Notes: generated by a model from the sequence alone, not told the origin. A stretch of DNA of 64,000 bases from Rhodobiaceae bacterium (GCA_002723035.1 PBNH01000021.1:1272-65271); one strand, 5' to 3'; shown: positions 10,008 to 21,078, counted from the first letter of the stretch. Numbers and translations: made by a program.

Positions 10008-11210
10008 ATGTTAAATTTAAGAAACTTAGATCAACTTTTAAAAGAAAATTTAAAAGATAAAATAATCTTTATTCGAGTAGACCTTAATGTTCCTGTAAAA
10101 GACAATATTGTTTTAGATGATACAAGAATAGAGAGAATTACCCCAACAATTAATGAATTACTAGATAAAGGTTCAAAAATTTGTCTATTATCTCACTTTG
10201 GAAGACCTAATGGTTCCAATAACAAAGAATTTTCTCTCTCGAAAGTCATAGCACCATTGGAAAAATATTTAAAAAAAAATATCCTATTTATAGAAAATTC
10301 TTTTGAAGATAATGTAAAAAATAAGATACGATCATCCTCAATAGATGAGATAATTTTATATGAAAATACAAGGTTTCATAACGGTGAAGAAAAAAATGAT
10401 AAAGATTTAGCAATGAAGGTTGCTCAAAATGGCGATTATTTTGTAAATGATGCATTTTCAGTTTCACACAGATCTCATGTTTCGACAGTAGGTATTGCAG
10501 AATATCTCCCTTCTTTTTCTGGAAGATATTTAGAGAAAGAAATTTTAATGATTAATAAATCCTTAAATACCGGCTTAGGGAAAAGACTTGGTATTATTGG
10601 TGGCTCAAAAATATCTACAAAATTAAAAGTTCTTGAAAATCTTACAGAAAATGTTGATAAACTTTTCGTTGGAGGAGGAATGGCTAATACTTTTCTTCTC
10701 GCGCAAGGTTATAAGATTGGAAAATCTCTGTGCGAAAGATCGATGATTAATACAGCAAATAATATTTTGTTAAAGGCAGATAAAAATAATTGTGAAATAA
10801 TTTTACCTGCTGATGCATTGGTTGCAAAGGATATGGAAAAAGGAACATCATTTAACGAAACATCGGTTGATGAAATTCCCCCTGATGCTTTAATATTAGA
10901 CATAGGCTCTAAAACAATTAGTAAAATTATTAGCATTCTTCAAGAAATGTCGACTGTTGTTTGGTGTGGACCTCTTGGTTTATTTGAACTAAATCCCTTT
11001 CAGACAGGAACAGTTTCTATTGCAAAAGAAATAGCGATACTTACAAAAAATAAAAAAATTATTTCAGTGGCTGGTGGTGGCGATACTGTTGCTGCTTTAA
11101 GTCAATCAAATTATAATAAGGAATTTACATATATATCTACTGCTGGTGGAGCGTTTTTAGAATTATTAGCTGGTGAAATATTACCAGGATTAGAAATATT
11201 AAGAAAATAA
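10008..11210 (+). CDS. pgk: Phosphoglycerate kinase
   Basis: RVDLNVP, SHFGRP, NDAF..SHR, GGSKISTK, GGGDT, STAGGAFLE. Confidence 0.97.
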   Translation: MLNLRNLDQLLKENLKDKIIFIRVDLNVPVKDNIVLDDTRIERITPTINELLDKGSKICLLSHFGRPNGSNNKEFSLSKVIAPLEKYLKKNILFIENSFEDNVKNKIRSSSIDEIILYENTRFHNGEEKNDKDLAMKVAQNGDYFVNDAFSVSHRSHVSTVGIAEYLPSFSGRYLEKEILMINKSLNTGLGKRLGIIGGSKISTKLKVLENLTENVDKLFVGGGMANTFLLAQGYKIGKSLCERSMINTANNILLKADKNNCEIILPADALVAKDMEKGTSFNETSVDEIPPDALILDIGSKTISKIISILQEMSTVVWCGPLGLFELNPFQTGTVSIAKEIAILTKNKKIISVAGGGDTVAALSQSNYNKEFTYISTAGGAFLELLAGEILPGLEILRK

Positions 11211-11221
11211 GGGAAAATGAA

Positions 11222-12232
11222 ATGACAGATATTAATGAGATAGCAAAACAAATGGTAGCTCCTGGAAAAGGAATCCTAGCTGCTGATGAGAGTTCAGGTA
11301 CTATTAAAAAAAGGTTTGATTCAATTAATGTTAAGTCAACAGAAGATAACAGAATGAATTACAGAAGAATTTTATTTGAGACTGAAGAAGCAATGAAAAA
11401 TTATATTTCTGGCGTAATTCTTTTTGATGAAACAATAAGACAATCAAATAAAGACGGTGAAAAGCTAATTGATATTATAAATAAAGCAGGTTCACTTCCT
11501 GGTATTAAAGTTGATATGGGAGCCAAGGAATTAGCAATGATGTCTGGTGAAACTGTAACCGAGGGTTTAGATGGATTAAGGGAAAGATTAGAAGAATACT
11601 CATGCTTGGGTGCTAAATTTGCGAAATGGAGAGCTGTCATAGCAATTTCAGATAGTCTTCCCTCTACTCTTTGTATTGATACAAACTCTCATGCTCTTGC
11701 AAGATATTCTGCTCTTTGCCAAGAGGCAGGCATAGTTCCTATTGTTGAACCAGAAGTATTAATGGACGGCTTTCATTCAATCGAGAGATGTTATGAAGTA
11801 ACAAAGAAAACCCTTATGAAAGTTTTTGATGATTTAGTTAAACATAAAGTTAATCTAGAGGGAATTTGCCTAAAACCTAATATGATCATAGATGGAAAAG
11901 ACTCCACTAAAAAATCTTCACCTGAAGAAATTGCACATATGACAGTCAATTGTTTTAGAGAAACTGTTCCATCTGAGGTTCCTGGAATAGTCTTTTTATC
12001 TGGTGGCCAATCTGAAGTTGAAGCAACTGAGAACCTTAATGCAATTAATAAGATCGAAGGAACTCCATGGAACTTAAGTTTTTCTTATGGTAGAGCTCTT
12101 CAAGCTTCAGCCTTGCAAGCATGGAGAGGCTTACAGGAAAATGAAGAGGAATGCTCAAAAGCTTTCTCTCATAGAGCAAAAATGAATTCACTTGCAACAA
12201 AGGGTATATGGACTAAAGACCAGGAAAATTAA
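11222..12232 (+). CDS. fba: Class I fructose-bisphosphate aldolase
   Basis: GKGILAADES, FAKWR, PIVEPEV, LKPNM, FLSGGQ, SFSYGRALQ. Confidence 0.96.
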   Translation: MTDINEIAKQMVAPGKGILAADESSGTIKKRFDSINVKSTEDNRMNYRRILFETEEAMKNYISGVILFDETIRQSNKDGEKLIDIINKAGSLPGIKVDMGAKELAMMSGETVTEGLDGLRERLEEYSCLGAKFAKWRAVIAISDSLPSTLCIDTNSHALARYSALCQEAGIVPIVEPEVLMDGFHSIERCYEVTKKTLMKVFDDLVKHKVNLEGICLKPNMIIDGKDSTKKSSPEEIAHMTVNCFRETVPSEVPGIVFLSGGQSEVEATENLNAINKIEGTPWNLSFSYGRALQASALQAWRGLQENEEECSKAFSHRAKMNSLATKGIWTKDQEN

Positions 12233-12247
12233 TATTAAGGATTTCTA

Positions 12248-12811
12248 ATGAAGATTAATGGTAATGAGATTAAACCGGGTAATATAATTCAACACAACAA
12301 TGGAATTTGGGTTGCTGTAAAGACCTCGCATGTAAAACCTGGGAAAGGAGGAGCTTTTGCTCAAGTAGAATTGAAAAAAATACCAGATGGCACCAAGCTT
12401 AATGAGAGATTTCGTGCATCAGAAACAGTAGAGAGATTAAGGCTTGATAACAAATCTTATCAATACTTATATACTGAGGGAAACCTTGCCTCATTTATGG
12501 ATAAAGAAACATATGAGCAAATTGAATTATCTTTAGATTTTATAGGTGAAAAAACAGCATTACTTCAAGATGGAATGGATGTAGAAATCGAGAGTCATGA
12601 AGGAACACCTATTAATATTACCCTACCCGATCAAGTTACTTTAATTGTAAAAGAAACTGAACCAACTGTTAAAGGACAGACCGCAGCTGCATCATATAAA
12701 CCTGCAATATTGGATAATGGAATAAGAGTAATGGTACCACCATTCGTGCAGACTGATGAGAAAATTATTATTAATACAGAAGACTTATCTTATGTTAAAC
12801 GTGTTGATTAA
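12248..12811 (+). CDS. efp: Elongation factor P
   Basis: [10 protein letters not shown] loop, KGQTA..SYKPA, VMVPPF. Confidence 0.97.
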   Translation: MKINGNEIKPGNIIQHNNGIWVAVKTSHVKPGKGGAFAQVELKKIPDGTKLNERFRASETVERLRLDNKSYQYLYTEGNLASFMDKETYEQIELSLDFIGEKTALLQDGMDVEIESHEGTPINITLPDQVTLIVKETEPTVKGQTAAASYKPAILDNGIRVMVPPFVQTDEKIIINTEDLSYVKRVD

Positions 12812-13593
12812 TGGACTCACCACTTATAAATATAATGAAAAAGGCTGCAAAAAAAGCCTCAAGAGGATTAAGGCGAGATTTTAATGAGCTTGAAAATCTC
12901 CAGGTTAAAACCAAAGGCCCTGCAAACTTTGTAACAGCTTCAGATATAAGAACTCAAAAAATAATTTATGATGAATTATCATATGCAAAACCAGATTGGT
13001 CCTTTGTAATGGAAGAGTCTAAGCCAATAGAAAATAAAAATACAAAAGCCAGATTTATAGTAGACCCAATTGATGGCACAACAAACTTTATGCATGGAAA
13101 TCCTAACTTTGCTATTTCAATTGCAGCTGAAATTGATAACCGATTAGAAGCAGCAATTATTTATTCCCCCATAACAGATGAAATGTTTGCTGCAGAAAGG
13201 GGCAAAGGATCTTTTTTAAATGATAAAAGAATAAGAGTAGCAACCAGAAAAAAACTATCTGAGTCAATTTTGATAACAGGAATTCCTCATTTAGGAAGGG
13301 GTAACAAAGAATTATTTATAAAAGAAATGGATATGATTATTCCGGAGGTTGCTGGTATAAGAAGATCTGGTTCCGCAGCCCTCGATCTAGCATGGATTGC
13401 CGCTGGTAGGTACGATATTTTTTGGGAAAGGGGTCTTTCTATTTGGGACATAGCAGCTGGGGTTCTATTGGTACGTGAAGCAGGTGGCTTTGCAAAAGGA
13501 ATTGATGGTAGTGATAAAGACCTTTGGAATGGAAATGTTATATCTGGTAATGATGATATAATCATAACTTTTAGTAAAAAATTAGGTTTTTAA
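12811..13593 (+). CDS. suhB: Inositol monophosphatase family protein SuhB
   Basis: DPIDGTTNF, RRSGSAALDL, WDIAAG; TAATG coupling with efp. Confidence 0.93.
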   Translation: MDSPLINIMKKAAKKASRGLRRDFNELENLQVKTKGPANFVTASDIRTQKIIYDELSYAKPDWSFVMEESKPIENKNTKARFIVDPIDGTTNFMHGNPNFAISIAAEIDNRLEAAIIYSPITDEMFAAERGKGSFLNDKRIRVATRKKLSESILITGIPHLGRGNKELFIKEMDMIIPEVAGIRRSGSAALDLAWIAAGRYDIFWERGLSIWDIAAGVLLVREAGGFAKGIDGSDKDLWNGNVISGNDDIIITFSKKLGF

Positions 13594-13596
13594 TAC

Positions 13597-13625
13597 TTGC
13601 ATGAGATACAAATGCAATGTAGAAC
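13597..13625 (+). promoter_or_regulatory. Putative sigma70 promoter of rpmE
   Basis: TTGCAT-N17-TAGAAC, 21 bp upstream of the rpmE ATG. Confidence 0.45.
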
Positions 13626-13646
13626 GTTCAAAAAAAAGGTAATTTA

Positions 13647-13937
13647 ATGAAAAAAGATACTCATCCTGACTATCATATGATTACGGTTAAAATGACCGAT
13701 GGCTCAAGCTTTCAAACACGCTCAACTTGGGGTGAAGCCAATAGTACCTTAGTTTTAGATATTGATCCTACAACACACCCTGCATGGACTGGCGGTGGTC
13801 AGAAAATCCTAGACCGTGATGGAAGAGTTGGTAAGTTTAATAAAAAATTTGAAGGTTTTCTTGGTGATTCATCAAAAAACGATAGTTCTGAAAAGAATAC
13901 CTCAGATAATCCAGCCCAAGAGGAAACTAAGTCCTAA
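13647..13937 (+). CDS. rpmE: 50S ribosomal protein L31 (Cys-free type, acidic C-terminal tail)
   Basis: [37 protein letters not shown]. Confidence 0.95.
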   Translation: MKKDTHPDYHMITVKMTDGSSFQTRSTWGEANSTLVLDIDPTTHPAWTGGGQKILDRDGRVGKFNKKFEGFLGDSSKNDSSEKNTSDNPAQEETKS

Positions 13938-13960
13938 TTTTATTATAGAATTAAATCAAT

Positions 13961-14149
13961 TTATTTTTTGAAAATACTCTCAGCATTGTTTTTAGATAGT
14001 TTTTTAAATTCTATTTTCTTTTCTATCCTATCTATTTCTTCTTTAAGAGATAAAATTCTTTCCTTAAGCTCATTAATACTTAATTCATCAAGATTTTCTC
14101 TTTTAAGCTCATCAATAATCGATTGTTTTATTAAAACTTTATCTTCCAT
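13961..14149 (-). CDS. DUF1192-like small coiled-coil protein
   Basis: LDELSINEL.ERI..LKEEI.R......K......AE.IFK pattern; context next to DUF1013. Confidence 0.75.
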   Translation of the reverse strand: MEDKVLIKQSIIDELKRENLDELSINELKERILSLKEEIDRIEKKIEFKKLSKNNAESIFKK

Positions 14150-14313
14150 TAATTAATCCATTGATTATTCTTACTTTTTCAACAATATTATTAATTCTAT
14201 AACCTTAGTTTATTATTTTATAGATTTTTATACAGAGTTTTTTACAAATTACATTTTATCTTATATAGATTGCCCTTAGTAATTTATAAAAATTATTACT
14301 TTTGGAGAAAAAT

Positions 14314-15093
14314 ATGAGTCAACCATTAATGCCTAAAGCTACAGCTGTTTGGCTAATAGATAATACAGCATTAACTTTTGAACAAATTGCTGACTTTTGC
14401 AGTTTACATATACTTGAAGTTAAAGGGATTGCTGATGGCGATGTGGATCATGGTATCAGAGGTGCTGATCCTATTGCGGCAGGTCAACTTACAAGATTAG
14501 AAATTGAAGATTGTCAAAAAGATAAAAATGCAAGGTTAAAGGCTATTCAAAAAAGAGGTGATCTACCTGAAGTTGCGAGAAGAGTTGGAAAGAAATATAC
14601 ACCTTTATCTAAAAGACAAGACAGACCAGACTCTATTTTTTGGTTAGTAAGAAATCATCCTGAGCTTTTAGATTCTCAAATTGGAAAACTTGTTGGAACT
14701 ACAAAATCTACAATTCAATCTATACGAGATAGAACACACTGGAACTCTGCAAACCTTACTCCTGTTGACCCCGTATCAGTTGGATTATGTACCCAAGTAG
14801 ACCTTGATAACGCTGTTCAGAAAGCCTTCAAAAGAATTGAAAAAAGAAAAGCTGAAGAAGCAAAAAAGTATGAGAGTGAGGGAATATCAGCTCCTGAAAA
14901 TATAAATAAAGAGCAAGTTAAAGAAATAAATGTTGAGCAAAATTTAGAGCCAGTTAATACCGAGTATGAAACAGCTACAGAAAAAAATGTTGAAGAAAAA
15001 ACATTGCTTGAAGACAATAACAATCAACAAGAAAAAGAATACACCTCAGATAGTGTTTTTGCAAAACTCAATGAATTAAAAAAAGAAGATTAA
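14314..15093 (+). CDS. trcR: DUF1013 family transcription regulator TrcR
   Basis: PLMPKATAVWLIDNT.LTF.QIA.FC, YTPLSKRQDRPD, RTHWN. The ATG at 14314 follows a GGAG SD; the ORF track starts at TTG 14302. Confidence 0.9.
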   Translation: MSQPLMPKATAVWLIDNTALTFEQIADFCSLHILEVKGIADGDVDHGIRGADPIAAGQLTRLEIEDCQKDKNARLKAIQKRGDLPEVARRVGKKYTPLSKRQDRPDSIFWLVRNHPELLDSQIGKLVGTTKSTIQSIRDRTHWNSANLTPVDPVSVGLCTQVDLDNAVQKAFKRIEKRKAEEAKKYESEGISAPENINKEQVKEINVEQNLEPVNTEYETATEKNVEEKTLLEDNNNQQEKEYTSDSVFAKLNELKKED

Positions 15094-15108
15094 AAATAGA
15101 GAGTTAGT

Positions 15109-15612
15109 GTGAATAAAAAATCTGATCAAAAAAACCTAGTTTCAGTAGTGATGGGAAGTAAGTCAGATTGGGAAACCATGCAAGATGCATGCGATATTTT
15201 AGATGAGCTTAAGATACCATATGAAACTAAAATAGTTTCTGCACATCGTACACCCAATAGACTCTTTGATTTCGCAAAAAAAGCTAAATCTAATGGCATT
15301 AGTGTAATCATAGCTGGAGCAGGTGGGGCGGCTCATCTACCAGGAATGATTGCTTCATTAACAACGCTTCCTGTTCTTGGTATCCCTATTGAGACTAAAT
15401 CTTTAAAAGGAATTGATAGTTTACTATCAATCCTTCAAATGCCCGCAGGTGTTCCGGTTGGAACACTAGCAATTGGATCAGCTGGAGCAAAAAATGCTGC
15501 TTTATTAGCTGCATCAATATTATCAAATAAAAATTCAAAAATTTCTAAAGGTTTAGATAATTGGCGCCAAAAACAAACAAAATCAGTATCTTCAAGTCCA
15601 ATTGATGACTAG
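15109..15612 (+). CDS. purE: N5-CAIR mutase
   Basis: [32 protein letters not shown]. Confidence 0.97.
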   Translation: MNKKSDQKNLVSVVMGSKSDWETMQDACDILDELKIPYETKIVSAHRTPNRLFDFAKKAKSNGISVIIAGAGGAAHLPGMIASLTTLPVLGIPIETKSLKGIDSLLSILQMPAGVPVGTLAIGSAGAKNAALLAASILSNKNSKISKGLDNWRQKQTKSVSSSPIDD

Positions 15613-16666
15613 GCCTATCATTGGAATACTAGGCGGTGGTCAATTAGGAATGATGCTATGTGACGCAGCAAAAAAAATAGGCGTTGAAACTCATATTTTT
15701 TGCCCAGAATATGATTGTCCGTCTAAAGGAAGATCAACTTATTTTAGCGTTGGGGATTATACCAATAAAAAGGAAATAATTAAATTTTCAAATAATGTTG
15801 ATTATATTACCTATGAATTTGAAAATATACCTATTGAAACAATCGATTTCATAACAGATCAAAAAAAAATAAGACCAGGAAAAAAAAGCTTATTATTAAC
15901 CCAAGATAGATTGATTGAAAAACAATTTTTAGATGAATTAAAAGTGCCTATTGCTCCATATAAAAATTTAAGAACTATAGACGATATATCTTCCGCACAG
16001 GATGAGTTTATTAATGGTATAATTAAAACTAGAACTCTTGGTTATGATGGAAAGGGACAGTCTAGTCTTAAAGATACTGATAACCCACGTGAAGTTTTTA
16101 GTAAGATTCTCAATAATTCAATTATTGAAAAAAGAATACCTTTTGAATTTGAAGTATCTGTTATAATTGCAAGAGATATTAAAGGTAATACATCTTTTTT
16201 TCCTATAGGAAAAAATATTCATGAAAATCACATACTAAAACATACATACAATCCAATAAGTATATCTGAAAATCAAACCAAAAAACTTATTAATTATTCA
16301 GAAAAAATAATCACTGAACTTAATCACATAGGTGTTCTTGCAGTAGAATTCTTCATTACAAAAGATCAAATCTTAGTCAATGAAATTGCTCCAAGAGTTC
16401 ATAATTCCGGTCATTGGACTATTGATGCATGCAGCATAAGTCAATTTGAGCAACACATGATATGTGTATCAGGGAATATAGTTAGGGAACCAGTATTAAA
16501 AAATAGCGCCCATATGATTAATATTATAGGAGAAGAAATAGAAGATTGGTGTGATAAAAATAATACAGAAATGGTAAAAATTCATCTTTATAATAAAAAA
16601 GAAGCAAAAAAAGGTAGAAAAATGGGTCATGTAACAGAATTATTTAGTAAAGACAAAATTTTTTAA
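15602..16666 (+). CDS. purK: N5-CAIR synthase
   Basis: [39 protein letters not shown]. Confidence 0.96.
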   Translation: MMTRPIIGILGGGQLGMMLCDAAKKIGVETHIFCPEYDCPSKGRSTYFSVGDYTNKKEIIKFSNNVDYITYEFENIPIETIDFITDQKKIRPGKKSLLLTQDRLIEKQFLDELKVPIAPYKNLRTIDDISSAQDEFINGIIKTRTLGYDGKGQSSLKDTDNPREVFSKILNNSIIEKRIPFEFEVSVIIARDIKGNTSFFPIGKNIHENHILKHTYNPISISENQTKKLINYSEKIITELNHIGVLAVEFFITKDQILVNEIAPRVHNSGHWTIDACSISQFEQHMICVSGNIVREPVLKNSAHMINIIGEEIEDWCDKNNTEMVKIHLYNKKEAKKGRKMGHVTELFSKDKIF

Positions 16667-16754
16667 CTTTTTAAAAATATAAATTATTTGTTTACTAGAC
16701 ATTATTAATCACCTTTGGTAATCAAACTGAATAAATAACTAATATAGGATTTAA

Positions 16755-16997
16755 ATGGAAGTTTCAGTAAGAGATAACAACGTAGAACAAGCGTTGAGAG
16801 TTTTAAAAAAGAAAATGCAAAGAGAAGGTGTTTTTAGAGAGGTAAAACTAAGAAACTGTTACGAAAAACCATCTGAAAAGAAAGCTAGAGAGCATTCCGA
16901 GTCAATAAGAAGAGCAAGAAAATTAGCGAGAAAAAGAGCAATGCGTGAAGGTCTTATTCCAATGAAGAAGAGCTCTGATGAAAGAAAATCTTATTAA
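16755..16997 (+). CDS. rpsU: 30S ribosomal protein S21
   Basis: [27 protein letters not shown]. Confidence 0.96.
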   Translation: MEVSVRDNNVEQALRVLKKKMQREGVFREVKLRNCYEKPSEKKAREHSESIRRARKLARKRAMREGLIPMKKSSDERKSY

Positions 16998-17011
16998 ATA
17001 ATTACTAATCT

Positions 17012-18427
17012 TTATATACTGGCAGAAATATCCTCTGACATTTTTTTTGCATCATCAAGAAGCATCATGGTATTTTCTTGGTAGAATAAATCGTTATCGA
17101 TACCCGCATAACCAATTCCTAAGCTTCTTTTTACAAATAAGACTGTCTTGGCATTTTCAACCTCTAAAATAGGCATACCAAAAATAGGACTATTAGGATC
17201 AGATTTAGCTGCTGGATTAGTAACGTCATTAGCACCTATTACAAATGCAACATCAGCTTGAGCAAAGTCTGAATTAATTTCAGTTAATTCATATATATCG
17301 TCATATGGTACATCAGCCTCAGCCAATAATACGTTCATGTGACCAGGCATTCTTCCTGCCACAGGATGAATTGCATAAGTAACTTTAATACCCATTTCTT
17401 TTAGTTTATCTACCATCTCTTTTAGAGAATTTTGAGCTCTAGCAACTGCCATACCATAACCAGGGACTATTATTACTGAACTTGCATTTTTAAGAATAAA
17501 AGCAGCATCATCTGCCGAACCTATCTTAACAGGTCTAGTCTCTTTAACTTTCTCACCTCCAATTCCTTCCTCACCAAATCCACCCATAATAACTGAAAAG
17601 AAAGATCTATTCATTGCAACACACATAATATATGAAAGTATAGCTCCAGAGGATCCAACTAACGCTCCTGTTATTACAAGGGCTAGATTATTCAGCGTGA
17701 AACCAATAATTGCAGCTGCAAATCCTGAATATGAATTCAGAACCGCTATAACTACAGGCATATCTGCACCACCAATTGGTATTATTAAAAGAAGGCCCAA
17801 TGTTAAAGATAGAACACTGATAATTAAGAATAAAAGCTGATCATTTTGCGATCCAGCTAAAATTAGATATGAGCAAAATAAAATAACAAATAAAACACTA
17901 ATAGATATTACATGTCTTAGTGGAAGAATAACTGGAGCACTCTTCATTAAACCTTGTAATTTTAGAAAAGCTATAACAGAACCTGAAAATGTTATTGCAC
18001 CAACAAAAATTCCTAATAACATCTCAACCATACTGGCAGTAGCAATATACCCATTAATTTCTAAGCCAAAAGCCGCTGGTGATAAAAATGCCGCCCATGC
18101 AACCAAAACAGCGGACATGCCTCCCATAGAATTTAAAGCTGCTACCATTTGAGGCATATCAGTCATTGCAACTTTTTTGGATAGAAATGTACCTATCAAG
18201 CCACCAATTGTTATACCTGCAACTATTAGTAGTAGATTTGAAAGAGAATTATCTTCAAGATTTAATATTGTTACCGTAAATGCTATTAGCATACCTGACA
18301 TACCAAGATAATTGCCAATTCTAGCAGTTTCTGGAGATGATAAACCTCTTATAGCAAGAATAAAGAATACCCCCGATAAGAGATATAATGATGCTGTTAA
18401 ATCTACTGACATAAAATCACTCAACAT
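17012..18427 (-). CDS. pntB: NAD(P) transhydrogenase beta subunit
   Basis: Multi-TM N-terminal half, IGGADMPVV, VPGYGMAVA, HPVAGRMPGHMNVLLAEA, GANDVTNPAA. Confidence 0.96.
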   Translation of the reverse strand: MLSDFMSVDLTASLYLLSGVFFILAIRGLSSPETARIGNYLGMSGMLIAFTVTILNLEDNSLSNLLLIVAGITIGGLIGTFLSKKVAMTDMPQMVAALNSMGGMSAVLVAWAAFLSPAAFGLEINGYIATASMVEMLLGIFVGAITFSGSVIAFLKLQGLMKSAPVILPLRHVISISVLFVILFCSYLILAGSQNDQLLFLIISVLSLTLGLLLIIPIGGADMPVVIAVLNSYSGFAAAIIGFTLNNLALVITGALVGSSGAILSYIMCVAMNRSFFSVIMGGFGEEGIGGEKVKETRPVKIGSADDAAFILKNASSVIIVPGYGMAVARAQNSLKEMVDKLKEMGIKVTYAIHPVAGRMPGHMNVLLAEADVPYDDIYELTEINSDFAQADVAFVIGANDVTNPAAKSDPNSPIFGMPILEVENAKTVLFVKRSLGIGYAGIDNDLFYQENTMMLLDDAKKMSEDISASI

Positions 18428-18731
18428 CTTTTTTCACCTTCTTTTTGTACATTTCCAGCATACGTTGAGTTACAAGGAATCCACCAAAAATATTAACTGA
18501 AGCAAAGATTAGTGCAAAAAAAGAAACAATTTTTGATATTGTTCCAGATGTACCTGAGCTCTCAGTGCCCATGGCAATGATAGCACCAACAATAATCACA
18601 GCTGAAATAGCATTAGTAACTGACATTAAAGGTGTATGAAGGGCAGGTGTTACAGACCAAACAACATAATAACCAACAAAAATAGCTAGAACAAAAATGC
18701 TTCCATAATAAACTAAAGGACTAATATCCAT
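18417..18731 (-). CDS. pntAB: NAD(P) transhydrogenase alpha subunit part 2 (membrane)
   Basis: VTPALHTPLMSVTNAIS, NIFGGFLVTQRML.M. Confidence 0.95.
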   Translation of the reverse strand: MDISPLVYYGSIFVLAIFVGYYVVWSVTPALHTPLMSVTNAISAVIIVGAIIAMGTESSGTSGTISKIVSFFALIFASVNIFGGFLVTQRMLEMYKKKVKKDVE

Positions 18732-18749
18732 ATTTTTTACCTATTAAAT

Positions 18750-19865
18750 TTATTTAACAAAACTTTCAGATATTTTACTATCTTTAACGATATTTACCGC
18801 CTCAACAATCTCATCTTCCCAATTTAATTTTTGATCAGCACTTAAATCAATAAATAAAGACAAAAATGAATGTAAATTTCTTGAATATAAATTAGAAGCA
18901 TCGGGCGCTAATCCCGCTATCATATTCATATCACCAATAATTGTTACACCTTCAATTTCAGCATTTTCATTAGGGACCGTTAATTCACAATTCCCACCTC
19001 TTTCAATCGCCATATCAACTATAACAGAGCCAGACTTCATGGATCTAACCATATGCTCTGTCAATAAAGTAGGTGCGGTTTTTCCAGGTATTAGAGCTGA
19101 ACAAATCACAATATCTTGAGATTTTATATGCTCAGAAATTAACTTATTTTGTCTTTCTTGATAATCTTTTGACATTTCTTTTGCATAACCACCTGAATCC
19201 TCTGAGTCCTCATCTTCATCAACCATTATAAAGGAAGCACCTAAGCTTTCACACTGTTCACCAGCAGCCCTTCTAACATCAGTGGCCGAAACTACAGCAC
19301 CAAGTCTCTTTGCAGTTGCAATCGCCTGTAAACCAGCAACACCAACTCCCATTATAAAGATTTTTGCAGGAGCAATTGTACCGGCTGCAGTCATCATCAT
19401 AGGCATCGCCTTATTATAAAGGGAGGCACTATTAATTACTGCTTTGTATCCGGCTAAATTAGACTGTGAGGATAAAACATCCATTGATTGTGCTCTTGGA
19501 GATCTAGGAATTAACTCCATTGAAAATGCATTTATACCTTTACTCGATAAAAGCTCTAATTTTTCCTTATTATCATAAGGATTCAAGAGGCCTACAATAC
19601 ATGCACCCGATTTAATCTTATTTATGAGATTATTTTCAGGAATTCTTACACAAAAAATTACATCAGCATCAGAAATATTGTCTTGGTTATTATCGATATT
19701 TACGCCTACAGAAATGTAATCTTTATCATTAAATTTACTCAAATGACCAGCATCTTTCTCCAAAAAAACTTCAAAACCATCTTTAATAAACTTCTTGGCT
19801 ACATCAGGAACCAATGCTACGCGCTTTTCATCAATTGCAGTTTCTTTAACAATATATATTTTCAT
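18750..19865 (-). CDS. pntAA: NAD(P) transhydrogenase alpha subunit part 1 (NAD-binding)
   Basis: EKRVALVP, RAQSMDVLSSQSNLAGY, GVGVAGLQAIATA, GGYAKE, GGNC. Confidence 0.96.
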   Translation of the reverse strand: MKIYIVKETAIDEKRVALVPDVAKKFIKDGFEVFLEKDAGHLSKFNDKDYISVGVNIDNNQDNISDADVIFCVRIPENNLINKIKSGACIVGLLNPYDNKEKLELLSSKGINAFSMELIPRSPRAQSMDVLSSQSNLAGYKAVINSASLYNKAMPMMMTAAGTIAPAKIFIMGVGVAGLQAIATAKRLGAVVSATDVRRAAGEQCESLGASFIMVDEDEDSEDSGGYAKEMSKDYQERQNKLISEHIKSQDIVICSALIPGKTAPTLLTEHMVRSMKSGSVIVDMAIERGGNCELTVPNENAEIEGVTIIGDMNMIAGLAPDASNLYSRNLHSFLSLFIDLSADQKLNWEDEIVEAVNIVKDSKISESFVK

Positions 19866-19968
19866 TTTAATTTATCTTTTATAAATGCTGGGTAATATTA
19901 GTTACGTTAAAAAATTGAAGTTTTCTAGTCTTTTTTTTATTTATTATGAATAACTTAAAAAAATTGAA

Positions 19969-20211
19969 TTATTTCTGATATTTATCCCTCCAATCTTTAT
20001 AAGGCATACCATATATTAATTCCCTTGCCTCATCTTTTGAAATCTCTTCTCCCAGCTCTAAAGAGGATTCTTGATACCACCTAGATATGCAATTTCTGCA
20101 AAAGCCAGCTAAATTCATAATATCTGCATTTTGAATATCATTCCTTTCCTGAAGATGGTTAACAAGTTTTCTAAAAGCAGCAGCCTCTATTTCAATTTTT
20201 TTTTCAGTCAT
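19969..20211 (-). CDS. DUF1244 family protein
   Basis: EAAAFR.LV.HL..R.D.QN.D.MNLAGFCRNC..RWY, YGMPY..W. Confidence 0.88.
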   Translation of the reverse strand: MTEKKIEIEAAAFRKLVNHLQERNDIQNADIMNLAGFCRNCISRWYQESSLELGEEISKDEARELIYGMPYKDWRDKYQK

Positions 20212-20229
20212 TAAATGAACCTCCAGTTT

Positions 20230-21009
20230 TTATTTTGCTAATGATGGATAAAAAGATTTTTCAAATAAAATAGAGTTATCCTTATTTGATAATAAAGGTT
20301 TTGAAATTAAATTTGCAAAAAATTTCTGACCTTTTCTATCAACTATTAAATCTTGCCTAATTTCTATTAAAATATTTGAAAGGCCCTTTATGGTTGCATG
20401 TTTATATAAGGTATCATTCTTTAACCGACCAGAGTAAGGTTTGTTGTCTCCAATAATTAAATTTTTATGTTTTTTTTTAAAATAATCAAAAAATATTTTT
20501 GGTAGACGATTATCATTATCCCACAATATACCAATATCAATATCTCTTTTTTTATTTTTCCAAAAAGGTGTAAAGCTATGAATTGATATGATTGAGGGGC
20601 TTTTATTATTCTTTTCATACACGTTAATTAATTCAGATATTTTATCATGATAAAGGTCATAAAAGTTTTTTATTCTATCGTTTTTCTGATCTCCTTCTTG
20701 AAAATTTTTAATACCTATATTGCCTTCAATTATATTATTATCAGATATTTTCATTATTAACGTTGGATCATCTATTCCTCTATTTGGATCAATTAATAAT
20801 CTTGAAAAATCTGTCATTACTAATGGGCAGTCTAAAATGTTAGATAATTTAATTGCCACCTCTTTTGAGCCTATATCATAAGCAATATGAGTATTTAATA
20901 TATCTTGACTTAAACCTAGCTCGTTAAATTTAGGGGGGATCTTATTTGATGCATGGTCACAAATTATGATAAAATTACTTTCTTTTTTTATATTCCTAAC
21001 TTGTATCAT
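20230..21009 (-). CDS. N-formylglutamate amidohydrolase family protein
   Basis: CDHASN, HIAYDIG, FSRLLIDPNR, SIHSFTP, GDN.PY, IEIRQDLI. Confidence 0.88.
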   Translation of the reverse strand: MIQVRNIKKESNFIIICDHASNKIPPKFNELGLSQDILNTHIAYDIGSKEVAIKLSNILDCPLVMTDFSRLLIDPNRGIDDPTLIMKISDNNIIEGNIGIKNFQEGDQKNDRIKNFYDLYHDKISELINVYEKNNKSPSIISIHSFTPFWKNKKRDIDIGILWDNDNRLPKIFFDYFKKKHKNLIIGDNKPYSGRLKNDTLYKHATIKGLSNILIEIRQDLIVDRKGQKFFANLISKPLLSNKDNSILFEKSFYPSLAK

Positions 21010-21078
21010 TTTTAGTTTCTTAAAAATTATTTGTAAAAGATTTTAACAAAATTAAGATGAATCTGTTACAAGATAATC

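Noticed and set aside
13968..14156. 62-aa plus-strand ORF
   Set aside because: Antisense to the DUF1192-like gene, which has the family pattern and expected context
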